NCBI GenBank assembly: GCA_025201805.1
Contig: MU619258.1
Location: 62,001 to 126,000, forward strand
From: Parasitella parasitica NRRL 2501
Taxonomy: Eukaryota > Fungi > Mucoromycota
Length of the DNA: 64,000 bases
Direction: 5' to 3'
Shown here piece by piece: positions 13,511-26,226 of this stretch. A model generated the notes under the pieces. That model was not told where the DNA came from. It did no database searches and saw only the letters and a program-made list of their open reading frames with translations. The position numbers were made by a program, and so were the translations under genes. The number at the start of each line of letters is the position of its first letter. Positions within the stretch are counted from its first letter, which is position 1.

Positions 13511-15031
13511 GCTTTCAAAAATTTGGTATCTCTACTGTGAAAAAAGTGAAAGAGAGAGAGGAAATTTCCCTAAACTCAAATTGAAAAGGATATTTTAACA
13601 ATTACCACACCATTTAGTGTGCCCCCTCCCCCTTTTTTTCATTTATAAAATGCTCCGGATACGAAACTAAACCATAAATCAATAGCAACTAATATTTGTT
13701 AACTGTCTAGCATAGGCAGTATCGGTAGTATTTTCGCTATGGATTTTCTCTATCAGTTACTTTACATTTAAGTATGCTCAGTAGATGCTAAATATAAACG
13801 AATGCGAGAGTATATGCGGTGACCTAGCATCACCTACAGAAGCACAATGAAGTTTTGTATATTAAGGTTATTCGAACAAAATTGTTTGTTTGTTTTTAAA
13901 CCGTTGAGATTTTAATGACTTTTATGCAGGATACGCTAATGTCATTTTGTCTGCTCGCAATGCAAAATCAATTGAGGTGATCAGTTGGCCTATGCCTCTT
14001 GTGCACAACACTAGAAAACGATCAACATATTACTGGTATCATATCCACTACTTAAACGCAGTTGTGCCCTTTAATTGTACCATGTTTAACATGCAAAGTC
14101 GCAAGATTCAGCAAACTTTTCACACATTATGAACCGTCTCAAATCATTATATATCCTCATCCAAAAGTGAAAAATATCGTTTGGGGCTTTTTTCGTCGAG
14201 GAACGACCTCGAAGCACATAACAAGATAAAAGAAAAATAAAGGGATAATTTTCCTTAGTAATGTAAAGCACTGATATTTGAAAAATTATATCGATATTAT
14301 CGACTTTCAGACAAAAAGCGCTTTTTTAGTCATAGAATATCAACTCCCAACTTTTCTATTATAATATTTTCTTAATACGCATGAAATGATGGAGCAAAGA
14401 AATCTGTATATGTCATGTTTTTTTTTGTGTTTTCCAAAAAAAAAAAGTGAAAAATTAAATACCACTTAAGGCATATTAAAACTGAGGGTTTCAAGGTGTT
14501 CATGTTGGTATTCTCCAGTACGCATCTATCTGGCGTCAATAAATAAAAATAAAACATCAAAACTTTCTACTGGCACTTTAATCATCAATATTCTTGTCTT
14601 TTGATCAATACTTGCTAAATGCAGAGTTTATTTTCGAATAAGAGTGAATTTTTCAACGGAATGTTGCCAAGCTGCCTGGATGAACGGGCGCAAATAGCAA
14701 AATGGTACAAAAAGCAACGCTCAGAAGGAAAAACCATATGATATGAGACAAAATGACAAAAGTATTACTGCTTTTCACAGCGATATAATCTGTTTACCTA
14801 GATGTGTGTATGGATGATAATAATCAAATGTTTTAACATTGAGTATGTTCGCCATGGAAACAGGCAATGTGTTTACACGGCGGTTCAATCATCATGACAT
14901 TTGATGACGCAGAATAAAGAAGAGCAGAAGTTGTTTGATAAATTCTGGGGTTAAAGATTAATACAGGACAGTATACTCTTGTCTTTTTTCCTACTTCCTT
15001 TTCACCACTCTTTTAATACAAACAACATTCA

Positions 15032-15467
15032 ATGATTCAACCTGGAGTATTTGGAGTTGCCGAGTACGCTATTACTACAGCATCTGCCTCTTCAGCTGAT
15101 GCTGCCAGAACCCGTGCTCTGAGTCTTTACAGAAGGTGGCAAAAATCTGTAAGTGTACATGATAATTTCGTTTGGCATTTTACCCCATATACTTAATATT
15201 TTATAGGTTCCTGATATGATGAAGCTTCACGAAATCAATATGCCAACCTCAGCTATTCGTGCTAAAATTCGTGAAGAGTTTGAAAGACATCGCAATGTTG
15301 AAAAGCTCGAAGTCCGTGACATTCTTTACGCTAAAGGACAAATGGAATATCAAGAAGTTATGAATGTCTGGAAGCAAAACAACCACATTATGAATTATTT
15401 TGCAAAGGAAGAAGCACCACCCAAGCCATCAACTTTTTTGGACAAATTCTATGAAGGCAGATTTTAG
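15032..15467 (+). CDS. NDUFA6: NADH:ubiquinone oxidoreductase subunit B14/NB4M (LYR protein); 2 exons
   Basis: RTRALSLYRRWQKS|VPDMM...IRAKIREEFERHR...KGQMEYQEVMNVWKQ..HIMNYF...FLDKFYEGR. Confidence 0.93.
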
Positions 15468-15723
15468 ATAACCCCCAATACAGCAATACAATACATTAAA
15501 AACAGTTCAAAAATTAATGTTGCAATCTTTGTAAGAATTTGCAAATGAAGAAGGGAAAAATAACATGGAGATGAGAACAAAATTGTTTATTACTACTATT
15601 AAAATTAGGCTGTAAGAGTGTGGGTTATAAGTCTACTATCAAGGAGAAAGGATAGAGGTGCAATTAAGGTCTGCTGTATATATACTTTTTGGTTATATGG
15701 TGGAAAAAGGGGAAATGTATCAA

Positions 15724-16702
15724 TTAGTTGAGAGCAATCATGTCCCAGCCAGCAGTAATCCTATTCAGTCCATGCAACTGCAACAGACTGTTTCTCAATT
15801 CCTCCCGAGATAGATAACTTTTGGGACATTCGGTGCTTTGGATCGTTAGTCGCCTCATCCATGGGAATAGAGATACGTCCTGCAGAAGCGATCTGAATAG
15901 AGCGATACATTCTCTGTCCAGTGTAATACGGAGCTCAACCAAGGCAGGGAACATTTTTTTAAGCTGTCTCCAAGTGTTGTAATGTTGACCATGTTCACTT
16001 AGTGCCACGTGTAAATAACTCGTCTGAGAAAATATCAGGACATTGTCGGCTAGTAAGAGTGCTGAAGGAAACGAGGGTAGTTCTAGTCTTGTTAGCGTAG
16101 ACTGTGATTCAGATAATGTTTTTGATATGAATTGTTGTAATAGTGGTGACATGTGGTGTTGCGACGTATTAGATGCTGAGGCCATGATGTAGCCGTCATC
16201 TGCTGGATCACGAATGGATAGTTCCTGTAGCTTTGTTTGAGGGTATTTTCCCAAGGTGTGGTACAGTTTGTAATGATGCTTGCTGGGCATAAGCAAATTA
16301 ATGCCCTTGAGTGTATTTCTTCTTTGCTGATTTCTGAGAATGCTCAAAACAACAGCGATGGCGGGCTCGCCATCGACATTTGCTTGGAGTATATTAGTGA
16401 TGAGATGCTTGGTATGGATCCCATTCTTTTGCAGTGGTCTATACATGTAGTGCTTGGATGATGTACCAAACACTTTATCGGATGGCTCTAGTAAAGTTAC
16501 TGTCTGAGTCCAGTTGAATCTGTCGGCAACGAGCAATGAAAAATGCTTGCATGTCCTGTGTGCATTTAGCAAAACATATAATCGGGGATATTTTGCACAT
16601 TTAGACTTACTGAGAGATTGGTGCCAAGTCAAGATGATTTACTCTTTTTATTTGATCAAGAATCAATAGCTGCAATTCGAAAGGTAGTTGCGTTAATGAC
16701 AT
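15724..16702 (-). CDS. F-box protein with LRR-like C-terminus; 2 exons
   Basis: Exon 1 MSLTQLPFELQLLILDQI....LAPIS, then a GTAAGT...CACAG intron, then TCKHF...W. Repeated LxxLxL segments (LQELSI, LTRLEL, LVELRI, MRRLTI). Confidence 0.75.
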
Positions 16703-17138
16703 TTTAAAAAGTATTGTAGATTATCAAAAGGAAAGAACAAGGAAGTTGTATTTGAAATAATGGAGTATCTAAAGAATGAGAGAAGCATTTATGTCATATA
16801 TAATTTATCTGTTTTTTGAGGAAGTGGGGGGGGGGCAATGTCTAATTGAGGGAATCATGACTACAATCAGTAGTCCTGTAATGAACACTTGACAATAATG
16901 AAAATGACCCACACTGCCTTATCATTTTATTACACTCCACAATTATTGCTGAAATAATTGTGCACATGACAGCACCCTTAAGCTCGCATGAACCAAACCA
17001 GTCTAAATAAACCTTCAAACTAAACAATGAGACAACTTGCTTGTACACAATGACCACATGTTGCATACAACGAAAGGGCAACTCGTGTTACCTTTCCTCC
17101 TTTTTCCAATTACCTTTTATAGACACATTGCTCATATA

Positions 17139-17448
17139 CAGTGCTTCCACTTTCAATGATACCGAATTTTTGAAAAAATTACGCACTTGTGTGAGGTTCT
17201 AGTTCGCAGAAAAAGGAGGCTAGTTTGGTCAATGTTCGAGAATAATTTGACCACCTTTCACGAATAAATTGACCAATTTCTGGTCAAATCGACTACAAAG
17301 ACTCATTATTTAAGCATTTAGGAAAATGATGTACGGAATGCTGAATGAAATCCTGCAAATATTCAATAGGAACATCTTCGCTTCCTTCAATAACCCTTGA
17401 GGTGAGATTTTCCACATCCTTCAACTTACTTTTTCTGATTCTATCCTT
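17139..17448 (-). mobile_element. 3' end of a Tc1/mariner (IS630-Tc1) DNA transposon: last 51 codons of transposase plus terminal repeat
   Basis: 17448-17293 (-) translates KDRIRKSKLKDVENLTSRVIEGSEDVPIEYLQDFIQHSVHHFPKCLNNESL*, homologous to the fragment at 32446-32613. The terminus TA|CAGTGCTTCCA at 17137-17149 is shared with 31037-31049. Confidence 0.8.
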
Positions 17449-18170
17449 TCCAGATGCTATTTACGGCATCGTCATAGATCTGGTCAAGACGCTCCACATA
17501 GTAGGGGATATCCCTTTCGGTACGCAAAAGATTAAACAAAGACTCGACGAACTTTGATTGTACATAGCCCATCCCTATGGTAAGATGCGTATCCAATTGC
17601 AATGACTCCTCAGATACCTGGTTGCCATGATCGGCATTATTGACAGCAGAGATACTGGGTATGAAATAAGCATGCATAGGATTCTCTTGCTTGTACATAA
17701 ACTTGAGTAACTTATAAAATGGTGCAATGCATTTCTTGGCATATTTGAATTCAACATTCAGGCACAGTGCTGTAAAATAGGTACTTTCTCCTTCAATTAC
17801 TAATACAGTACTTGTCCAAATCCAATCCATGGTTCAGAAAAACGCATAGATAGGATTTGAAGGCGCCCCGTTTTCATGAGATAAGCAAAAGAAGCAGAAG
17901 CAGGCAGATTCAACGCTTTACCAGCATACTCTACTTGAACTGTATCAATCTGTTCAGGTGTGTTTACATATGTGTCGGCATTGCTGCTGCTGCTCAAAGA
18001 AGGTCCATTCAAGAGATCCTCATACAAGTAAGACTTGTTTATCAACAATATTAGCATGATCAAGAAAGTTTTGGCCTAGATAGCCACAACATTGAATGAT
18101 CCTGGAGTTCAAACAGACAATCAAAAATACCTCAAGTATCATCTCAAGAAGAGATAGTCGTCCATCATGT
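17449..18170 (-). pseudogene. Frameshifted gene fragment abutting the Tc1 3' end
   Basis: Overlapping ORFs 17800-18063 and 17441-17830 in different frames with protein-like composition; family not recognised. Confidence 0.35.
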
Positions 18171-21100
18171 TTTGCTAGAATGTGCACTAAATGAATTGCT
18201 AAATTTCGTATAATGCAATAATTATTGCAATGAATTTTTCCAAAACTTTTATTAAGAGTGAATCCATAAACTACCTAACCTGCTGCTACCAAAAACAGAG
18301 ATTTCCATACTAACAACTTATCATGCGAACCAGAATCCTTTTGCAAACAAGCCCCTGTCAATAACACTATTTTTTTTTTTTATAATTTGACAAGATACAA
18401 TAGTGTACTTTTATATGGCTGCTCCTAATTGAAAAATATACGTCATTAGTAGCAATAGAAGCTGTGTAATATAAATTGTATACAGAAGTTCAAGCATTGC
18501 AAATTAAAAGACTTTTATCGAAATTTGATGTTAAAAATAATCAACAAAATTGTTTGAACATACACTGTTTTATTACTACAATTTCCAATAAGATAATATA
18601 TAAAAAAAAAAAAGCACAATGGATCATACATGATCTTTCAAGACCAAAGAGGGAGCAAAGCCTGTTGCACACAATTTAGGCAAAGCGCAATCAAATCACA
18701 TGAAACTTTTACTCCAAATGCATCTTGTAATGTATGGCAAGTACATCTGTAAGATATTGAAATGCAGCTGAAAGACTACAAGATAAACTCCATGGCTGTC
18801 TAAAAGGATATAGATACGAGAAAATGTGTATTCATTATGTTGATAATGACGTTCGTCGTACTTTTTTTATTGTTTTTTTATTTTTTTTTCGAAACGTTGG
18901 CATATATCGGCATATGTAGCATGTCTATAGGTTTGCACATATTGTATAAATCTGTAGTAAATAATTTATCTGTAGCTAGTTTAATGGATACAAGTATATG
19001 TTTTGTAGCGCGTATCTGGAAACTGGGAATACGCATCTGAAGCATAGATCTTTATATATGGCATAAGCTCGTAACATATACTAAACCAAGTAAATATCTA
19101 AAGCTCGTGTCGAGATATTAGTATAAGTCTATAGCGTCGTCCATCCTAATGGTGCCATCTTTAACCTTTATCTTATATAATATAAATCTGTATTGCACAT
19201 CTTATCATCTGTGCGCAAATGTAGTCTATATCAATTTAAGGTAACTGGATGAATCTAGAAGTGGAATGCAGATCATCATAGTGAATGTATTTCACAGATA
19301 AGGCTAATTTACAATGACAATCTACTTTACAGGGTACGATGTACTGTAAGGTTATACAACAAGGGCTACACGTCTTTGATCTGACAGTGCCTTAACCTGT
19401 ACCCTGGTGCTCAGATCTGTTAATTACAGGAATAATCTTCTTGATTCGAAACAGATCATTTATTCTCCAGTTTACACAAGCGTATCACATCGCATCATTG
19501 GACAATATTCAATCTTCAATTGAAGTACATTGCCATGATCTCCTGTCTATAATTATGGCAAATCAGCCAGGAACGTAGATTTTAGCGAACTTCAGTGTGT
19601 TCTTGTCAGAAAAAGAGACAAAAACAATGTTTAGCAATCTCGAACCCAAAAAAATTAATGCAAATTAATGCACTGGACAAAAGGCACCTTTTGATTACAC
19701 ATTTGCATAGTTTAGAGCAAGTTTTTTGTACTTTTTAAAACGATATCAGATGAAGGTAGCGCTTTTTCAGACTTTCTTCGGAAAAGTATTTTTCAAAATC
19801 GGAGCGTGAGATCGTCAGGTCAAGTGAAGACATGCAAGTACTACCATTAAAAAGCCAAGAAAACACTATTTGAACAAACTAGGTTAAAATTGTTTTCTCT
19901 TGAACTGGGTAAGTTATGGCCTTTCAAAGCTAATGCTTTCTTCAGAAAAACACCATTTTTCTTTAACGGCGGAGATTAAACGCATCCAAAATCGGGAAAA
20001 AAAACATTCTTTCAAAAACTCTATTTGGATAATTCGAAAACAAAATTACTCTTTTGAGGCAAGATATCATCTACTGATACTATGCATACCACGGCTGTCA
20101 GTCTATGATAATAGCTGTATTTTTGGGCGCTCTACACGATGGTATAATTTCATAATCCCTATATGCTTATGGAAATAATTCTGCTGAGAAAACCTCGAAA
20201 ACAAATTAAGAGAAAAAAGTCAACATTTTGCTAAATCAGAGCGCATTTTCAGTCTTTCAGACCAAAGAACGGTCTTTTACGATCATTTTCCTCCAATATA
20301 AGCTATAGTAAAAAGTTGCATTTTTGAGGTCTAAATTGAGGATAATGCGTAATCAATGATTTTAGATGTGTGGATACAAGGAAAAAATCGAGAAAATTCA
20401 TCATTTTGCATCGAAAAAAAAATCATGCTCAAATTGCACCAAAATTATATATAATATAGTTTTTCCCCTATGGATACTATTTCTGATGTTTTCAGGGCAC
20501 TTTTGATTATGAAAATCAATCAAAAAATGGCACCCGAAGCTAAAGTTCTTGCTTTTAAGCTTTGTGGCACGTTGGTGATTGTTCAGTTTCAGCTATCCGA
20601 AGTACATGTCGATAGTATATAGTGTTGATAAAGAATTTTTATTGTATTGAAAAATGGGATAAAGAACACAAGTAATCATTCATTTGAAAGACATATAGAT
20701 CCTGCACATTGGCTGTTTGATTAAAAATAAGGTAACCAGAGCATTGCAATTTCGCATATCATTATAAAATTTTTGCTATTCTTAGGCTTTTCTAATCTAA
20801 AAATGGGATTGTATTTAATCGCTTCTCTCAGGAACTTCCCAGAAATAAAAGTTTGTTATCATAAATCCTAATGTTTATATTATCACAAACAACATGGCAT
20901 TTATCAGTTACTTAAACTTTTTTTTAGAACTATAAAAGGACTATATTGATTTATTATTGTGCCATCAATAAAGCATAGTGGTGATTTTTCTTTACTTTCT
21001 ATGATAGCTTCAGTATGATAAAGTAAGGTCATTTTCAAGTTTCATTTATAGGAACAGAAGCCTATATGATATTACAGTGGATAGAGCATTTCAAATCAAA

Positions 21101-22576
21101 TGCGCCTTTTCAGTTGTTTAAGCTGTTTCAATTCTTCGTGCTGCACCAAAGCCAGCCTACTAAACACCCTAGTAGACTCCATGTCTAGCGGCGTTTTGCG
21201 AAAAGACCATCATCTTCTAGAAGCTACCGGCTTTGGCACAAACACAGGCATAGCATACTGCACAAAAATGAGCGTACTAAACGTAAAGTTTAACATCAAT
21301 CTAGACCTCCTGCTCGGTATGAAGCTCCTGTCAATGGCCACAGAGCCTAAACGAATACACTCATTTTTAACAGTTTGCTTAGGATCACAATCTAAAAATT
21401 AAACATATTGGTTCAATCGCTGAATGCTTTGATAATATTTAGTTAATAAACCCTTACTCTATCTTTTTTTACTTCATCCAATAGATGAAGTTCCTTTTGC
21501 TTCAACAAACATTTAAAGATATTCTAAAATAATCAATGTGAAGCTGCTGCGCTCTTTACAACAGAGTCTATTGTAAATGACGCGTAGAAACAGCACTTTG
21601 TATATGTTCCGATGGAACTGCACCTTTCTTTTGTTATTTCTCTTCTTGTAAGCACTTTTGTCAAGTTCCTACAAAAGAACAAAATTAGTCAATAATTGCC
21701 GTGGAGGCAAGCTTCAATGACAATCAATACCCACTTTGTAGATATCATCCAAAGCTGCTTTATTTGTCTTTATAAAACTTGCTTATGTTGAGCAATGAAC
21801 TGGTTCACTTCTTTCGTCACTGTGGTATCAAATGAAATAAAATTACTTCTTGGAAAATCCCCAATCTTTATTTTACAGCACGTGATTTTTTCTCCGTCCG
21901 TAATGGAACGACTCTTTCAATGACTGAATTCTACATGGATTTAGATGTACAACAAGGGCTCCACGTATAATTTCAATGCCATTTACTTGTAAATAAGGTA
22001 TATTAATTTAAATAAAAGCAAATGCATCCAATATCAAAATGACGCCGCGCGCAGACAATTTGTTCGGCTAATATACCGATAAATAATAATAATGAAATCA
22101 GTAACAACTATCAAACATCACATGAAATCAGCCTCAATCAAATCCCGTCGTGCCATCGATGTAGGTTTGCAACCATGGTAATTCAATACAAGATGCATCT
22201 TTTAATAAACAGCTCGAGTTACTACATGTATTGGGATGCATGCCATCAAACCAAAAACGAACTTAAACTGACAGAATACCATGCTGTGTGTAAAATGATT
22301 CATAGATTTATAAGCAATGTGCAGAGAAATAATGCAGATGATGAAAGTGAGCGTTAGTGGCATGTTGGACAGAGCGATGATTTTTTCCATCTTGATTTCT
22401 TACCAATTGTATATTTGTTAAATCGTGCGAATTTTGTCACTGATCCTCCAATCAACTATTGTAGATGTCTCGTCACGGATCTCGGGTCATCTAAACAATA
22501 CATCAGAATTCTATCAAAAACGTCCATAATTCTTTTTCTTTCTTGAATCATTCGCTTTTTCTATTTGCTTCATATA

Positions 22577-23572
22577 ATGTCACATTATGCAGACGAAAAA
22601 AATGCGCCCCGTGTAGCTACGCCTGTAGAGAACGATGGCATGAGCTGGCCCAGTAAGTTAATTACCCTCGTTATATAAAAGGAAATACAAGTGAGTATTA
22701 ATGGCCAAGGACAAACAACAGGCTTGGGGGCAAGACAGCGTCGTGATGAGACGCCGGAGCAGAGAGAGGAAAGAGAAAAGAAACTAGCAGAGGCAGTAAA
22801 GACCATTTTGACATGCATTGGGGAGGACCCCGAAAGAGAAGGGCTGGTAAAGACTCCGGATCGTTATGCTAAAGCTTTGATGTTTTTCACTCAAGGATAC
22901 GAAAGGAACATTCATGGTAAATTGAAGCTTGCTTCTGTTCAGTACGGTAGTCTAACACTGCAGAGTAGAGGTGATTAATGATGCTGTATTCGAAGAAGGT
23001 AATGTATCGAAAAAGGAGGGGGTGTCGATATAATTTGGATTAACTTGCGATACGGGGGTAGATCATGACGAGATGGTCCTTGTAAAAGACGTTGACATCT
23101 TTTCTTTATGCGAACATCATATGGTCCCCTTTATGGGAAAGATTAGTATTGCGTACATTCCCAACCGTCGAGTAGTTGGCCTTAGTAAACTTGCTCGCAT
23201 TGCGGAAATGTTTGCTAGAAGGTTGCAAGTCCAGGAACGTATGACCAAGCAGATTGCAACAAGTTTGATGGAAATCCTTCAACCCCAAGGTGTCGCTGTT
23301 GTTATGGAATGCTCGCATCTGTGCATGTGCTCCAGGTAAGCGGCTTGGTGAGAAATGTTTGGCTGTGGACTGATCCCAATTTCCCACCCTTGTTTAATAA
23401 TTCATTAGAGGCGTACAGGTAACACAAAGAACCTTTTTCTGTAAATGCTGCAAAAACTAATATTTGTTGTGCCTAGAAACCTGGTAGTTCCACCATCACC
23501 AGTTGCATGCTGGGTGTATTTAGAAGTAGCCCAAGAACTAGAGAAGAGTTCCTCAACTTGATTAGACGATAG
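22577..23572 (+). CDS. FOL2: GTP cyclohydrolase I; 6 exons including a 10-nt and a 30-nt exon
   Basis: [82 protein letters not shown]. Confidence 0.97.
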
Positions 23573-23833
23573 AGAGAAGACAAAGAGACACATGATAGAT
23601 TAAATATACACATACATACAGCACGCTATATAATCACCCACGGCAACAACTATATACATCCACAGCCCATCACATAAAAAAATACAAATAAAAATAAAAA
23701 TAAAAATAAAAATAAAAGTGAAAAAGTTTGAATCAAAACGACGCAAAGTAATACTATTATTGGGTAGAAAGGTATATGTATATAGAGGATAAGTTATATA
23801 GAAGATTAGATGTTACATAAATAAGAGAGGTTA

Positions 23834-26071
23834 TCAAGATAGTTTTCCCGAAATCAGTGCTGATTTACATAATTGCAAAGCCTTCATATAGTCGCAATGA
23901 GCTTCTTGTACATAAGGCAGCAAACGAGATCTTTCAATATGGGGCAGCACACGACAAAGGTCATCTAGAACAATTTTATCTTGGGAGTAAGTAGACTCAT
24001 TACCGCTATCAATCTATATGTACATGGTAAGGATAGGTTTGGATATTTATTGACTAAATACATGCGTACCTTTTCGAGGGATCGAATGGACAAGTTTTTG
24101 TTGCTATTACTGCTGTAAGGTCGCATCGAAGTTTTCCTGCCTATAGACGAGAATATACGGCCAGGTCTACTCTTTATTGGTTTTGTAGAGACTTGAGGCC
24201 CTCCATTCGCTGATTCTGAAGAAGATACGCTGCTGTTATCTCTGAGCTACATAATGTGTAAATAAATGATCAGAGTTTGATGATGCTTTACCAGACAAAG
24301 AACTTACTTCAGATGATGACAATGATGGTGGGATGGTCGTCGTCATTGTAGCATTTTGAAGGGGACGACTAGGAGTATCAATGTGTTCGTATGGAACCTT
24401 ATTTGGCAGTGTTGTGGTATTAGCAGAAAATTGTTTGTTTGGTAAAAGCGTATGAGTAGCGGATAGGATATCAGTAATGTGTTGATCGTTTTGCTGCTGT
24501 TGCACAAGAGGCATAGGCGAACTGATCATCTCGATTGATTTCGCACTGCGAGCAGACAGGTTTTCCGAGGACGCAGAATAGATCAACTGTTCGTCACCAG
24601 CCACCTTGTTCTTTCTGGATGCAAGAGGGTGCAGTAGCGATCTCTTGAACGTTGGTCTTCTTCCAACAGTTGCAGGCTGGACCAGTTTACAGTTTTCTCT
24701 TGTAGGTGCCGCCCGAGACTTCTTTATCCAAGCTCGCATGCCGCTGTCGGCGTGAATGCAATGCTGGAACGCAACGCTGTAGGCTTGCATTCTCTCTTTC
24801 TCGCCTTGCATCTTCATGGTGTGATAGAGTGTCAGTGGATTATGTCGAGGCCCGTTTCGATAGCTCAGAGTCAAGCATTCAGATAAACGCTTGGGCAGCT
24901 GTTCATCTTGTTTGACGGGCTGTTGCTTTTGAAGCAGCGTCTGTGTCTTCAATTCCTTTGTACGCTGTTCTAATAAATCGGATAAACCTTCGTTTTCGTT
25001 GCCTGTCTTCTCTTCAAAGATTGTCTGAAACGTAACAAGAGAAGTCAAAAGATCATCACCAGTGCCCTCGTCTTTCCACGAAATCTGGTAGTTGTCGTGT
25101 GCTGTTTTTTCCAACAGTTCGCTTGTGCTAGATGATCTCTTTCTGGATGCGACCTCCTTTTTTTGCTGCTCGACTGATTCCTCTTGCTCAAAACGATAGA
25201 TACTATCCTGTTGAGCGTAGGCTGGCCTAGGCATATGTTTTTCATATGATTTTAATGTGGGAGTTTTTCTAAGTGTACTTGATCGTTTTAGTTTTTGGGT
25301 TTGTGGCTGCTGCTGCTGTTGTTGGGGTGATATAGGAGGCGATGATGTGGGCGATTGCACTGCTAATACTGGCGCTGTAACTGATATCATTGTGGTATTA
25401 TTAATAGTGGCAGGGGGAGGAGAAGTAGAGAAAGAAGAGGAGGATTTTGCTTCGGTTGGTCGGTTTGAAAGGTGATTTACATTTTCAATTTTTTTTAAAG
25501 GCGTGAAAGCGTCAGGAGAGGCTTTGCTTGATTTCATTACTGCTGTTGTAGCTGTTGTAGTTCTGCTGACACCGGCCCGTCGTCTTTGCCGTTGACACTT
25601 GTAGCAAACACATGTTTGACTGCCTGTACAAGAAGTCGAAGAGCTACGAGCTGCAGTCTGCGAAGGAGATGATAGAATGGATTGCAGGTATGAATCACTG
25701 TTGTTTGTTGCGGTTGTACTAAAAATACATTGTACATTAATACGAATTTAACCATGTACTACATTGTATCTCTATGCGTTTACCTTGTTGTGTAGCTCGC
25801 AGTAGGGATACTATCTACTTGGATTTTGGCTGATTCATTATTCTCTACTGCTGACTGAAGGTCTGCTAATGAAAAGAAAATACGGATCAGTCATGTGCAC
25901 AATGTTACAAATCAATGCCATGTTTTACAGTCGACTTTCTCTTCATAATGAAACTTTCTAACCCAATCTACGTATACGCAAATACATTTTCATATTAGCC
26001 TGGCATCTACCTGTGTACTCTAAATAGTGCATACCTTGAGTGGATGCATCTGATTTCATAGCGGTTGTCAT
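23834..26071 (-). CDS. Uncharacterised Ser/Gln-rich protein with possible C-terminal CUE/UBA-like helical domain; multi-exon
   Basis: 433-aa ORF plus small upstream exons and a last exon DKIVLDDLCRVLPHIERSRLLPYVQEAHCDYMKALQLC. The 5' exon structure is approximate. Confidence 0.6.
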
Positions 26072-26226
26072 TTATTTACAAGCAGAAAAGGAACGAAAGA
26101 AAATAAAAATGTCGATAGGAGGAAAGAAAAAGCGTTTTTATTACTGGAAACGTATGGTTTTTATAGATACCCATAGCGCAACACAGGTTATATCAAGTCA
26201 AGTGGTGACACAGACATGCTTTTGTA

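Noticed and set aside
18840-21900. Coding-like fragments at about 18.9-19.5 kb and 21.1-21.9 kb on the minus strand
   Set aside because: Multiple stops and frameshifts and no recognisable domain; too weak to annotate.
16800-22500. Possible Mucor-type centromere in the AT-rich gene-poor interval
   Set aside because: The interval is short, no flanking LINE arrays were seen, and I cannot verify the centromeric motif.
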